From Centroscyllium fabricii (Eukaryota): a stretch of DNA of 64,000 bases. How positions within the stretch are numbered: the first letter of the stretch is position 1; each line of letters starts with the position of its first letter. The notes under the pieces were generated by a model. It was not told the origin of the DNA and ran no database searches. It saw nothing but the letters and a program-made list of their open reading frames with translations. Below are positions 63,450 to 64,000 of the stretch, piece after piece. Both the position numbers and the translations under genes were made by a program. The stretch is taken from NCBI GenBank assembly GCA_051313645.2, contig JBNRSN020000003.1, positions 222,766,001-222,830,000 of the forward strand, given 5' to 3'.

Positions 63450-63809
63450 TACAACAACAACAACTTACATTTATATAGTGCCTTTCACACAGTAAAACTT
63501 CCCAAGTTACTTCGCAGCAGTGTTAGCAAACAAAATTTGATGCCGAGCTGCATAAGGAGATATTAGGACAGGTGAGCAAAAGCTTGGGACAAGAGTGGTC
63601 GAGAAATGGAGAAGTTTAGGGAGAGAATTCCATAGCGTAGGGCCTAGGCAGCTGAATGCATGGCCACCAATGGTGGAGCAATGAAAATCAGGGATGCACA
63701 AGAAGCCAGAATTGGAGGAGCGCAGAGATCTCGGAGGGTTGTAGTGCTGGAGGAGGTTACAGAGATAGGGATGGGCAAGTCCATGGAACGATTAAGAAAA
63801 CAAGGATGA
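63450..63809 (-). mobile_element. L2-type LINE 3' end
   Basis: GGHAFSCLGPTLWNSLP peptide; tail CTATATAAATG..(GTT)n. Confidence 0.75.
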
Positions 63810-64000
63810 TGCAGTGCATGCAGGCCTGAAGAACCACGCTGGAGACAGTGAGATCGGAAAACACTCATTTATTACGTTGCTCAGTAGGGGCCAGGTAGCG
63901 AAGAGACTGAGCTACCTGGAACAGGCTTATTTAAAGAGCCCGCGGTTGGTGACGTCACCACGCCGGAAGTCCCGGTGACGTCATCACGCCGGAAATCGCG
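63810..64000 (-). mobile_element. LTR related to the CsRn1 element at 8065, cut by the window end
   Basis: TGCAGTG..GCAGGCCT..GAACCAC start and ATTTAAA..CCCGCGGTTGGTGACGTCA shared with 8065-8309. Confidence 0.7.

Overview
Vertebrate genomic DNA, almost certainly from a cartilaginous fish (shark or ray), judged by HE1-type V-SINEs, SacSINE1-like Deu-SINEs and HER1/CR1 LINEs. It is almost entirely transposable elements, and I recognise no host protein-coding gene. It contains many CR1-group LINE fragments, L2, RTE and Penelope remnants (the last with hammerhead ribozyme motifs), SINEs, two GC-skewed minisatellites, an intron-containing tRNA-Arg(TCG) gene or pseudogene, ERV-like LTRs and at least four lineages of Gypsy LTR retrotransposons nested up to four layers deep. 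Three CsRn1-clade Gypsy elements (tRNA-Trp PBS, CHCC Gag, 4-bp TSD) are present, one with an intact 1275-aa gag-pol ORF. The most notable signal is a two-CCHC (Mag-like) Gypsy family that has no tRNA primer-binding site. In three divergent copies the PBS position instead holds the reverse complement of the element's own poly(A)-signal segment, with compensatory base changes, suggesting tRNA-independent self-priming or poly(A) occlusion. Two separate CsRn1 elements have inserted inside the loop of that hairpin. All calls were made by eye; family names come from motif recognition, not database searches.
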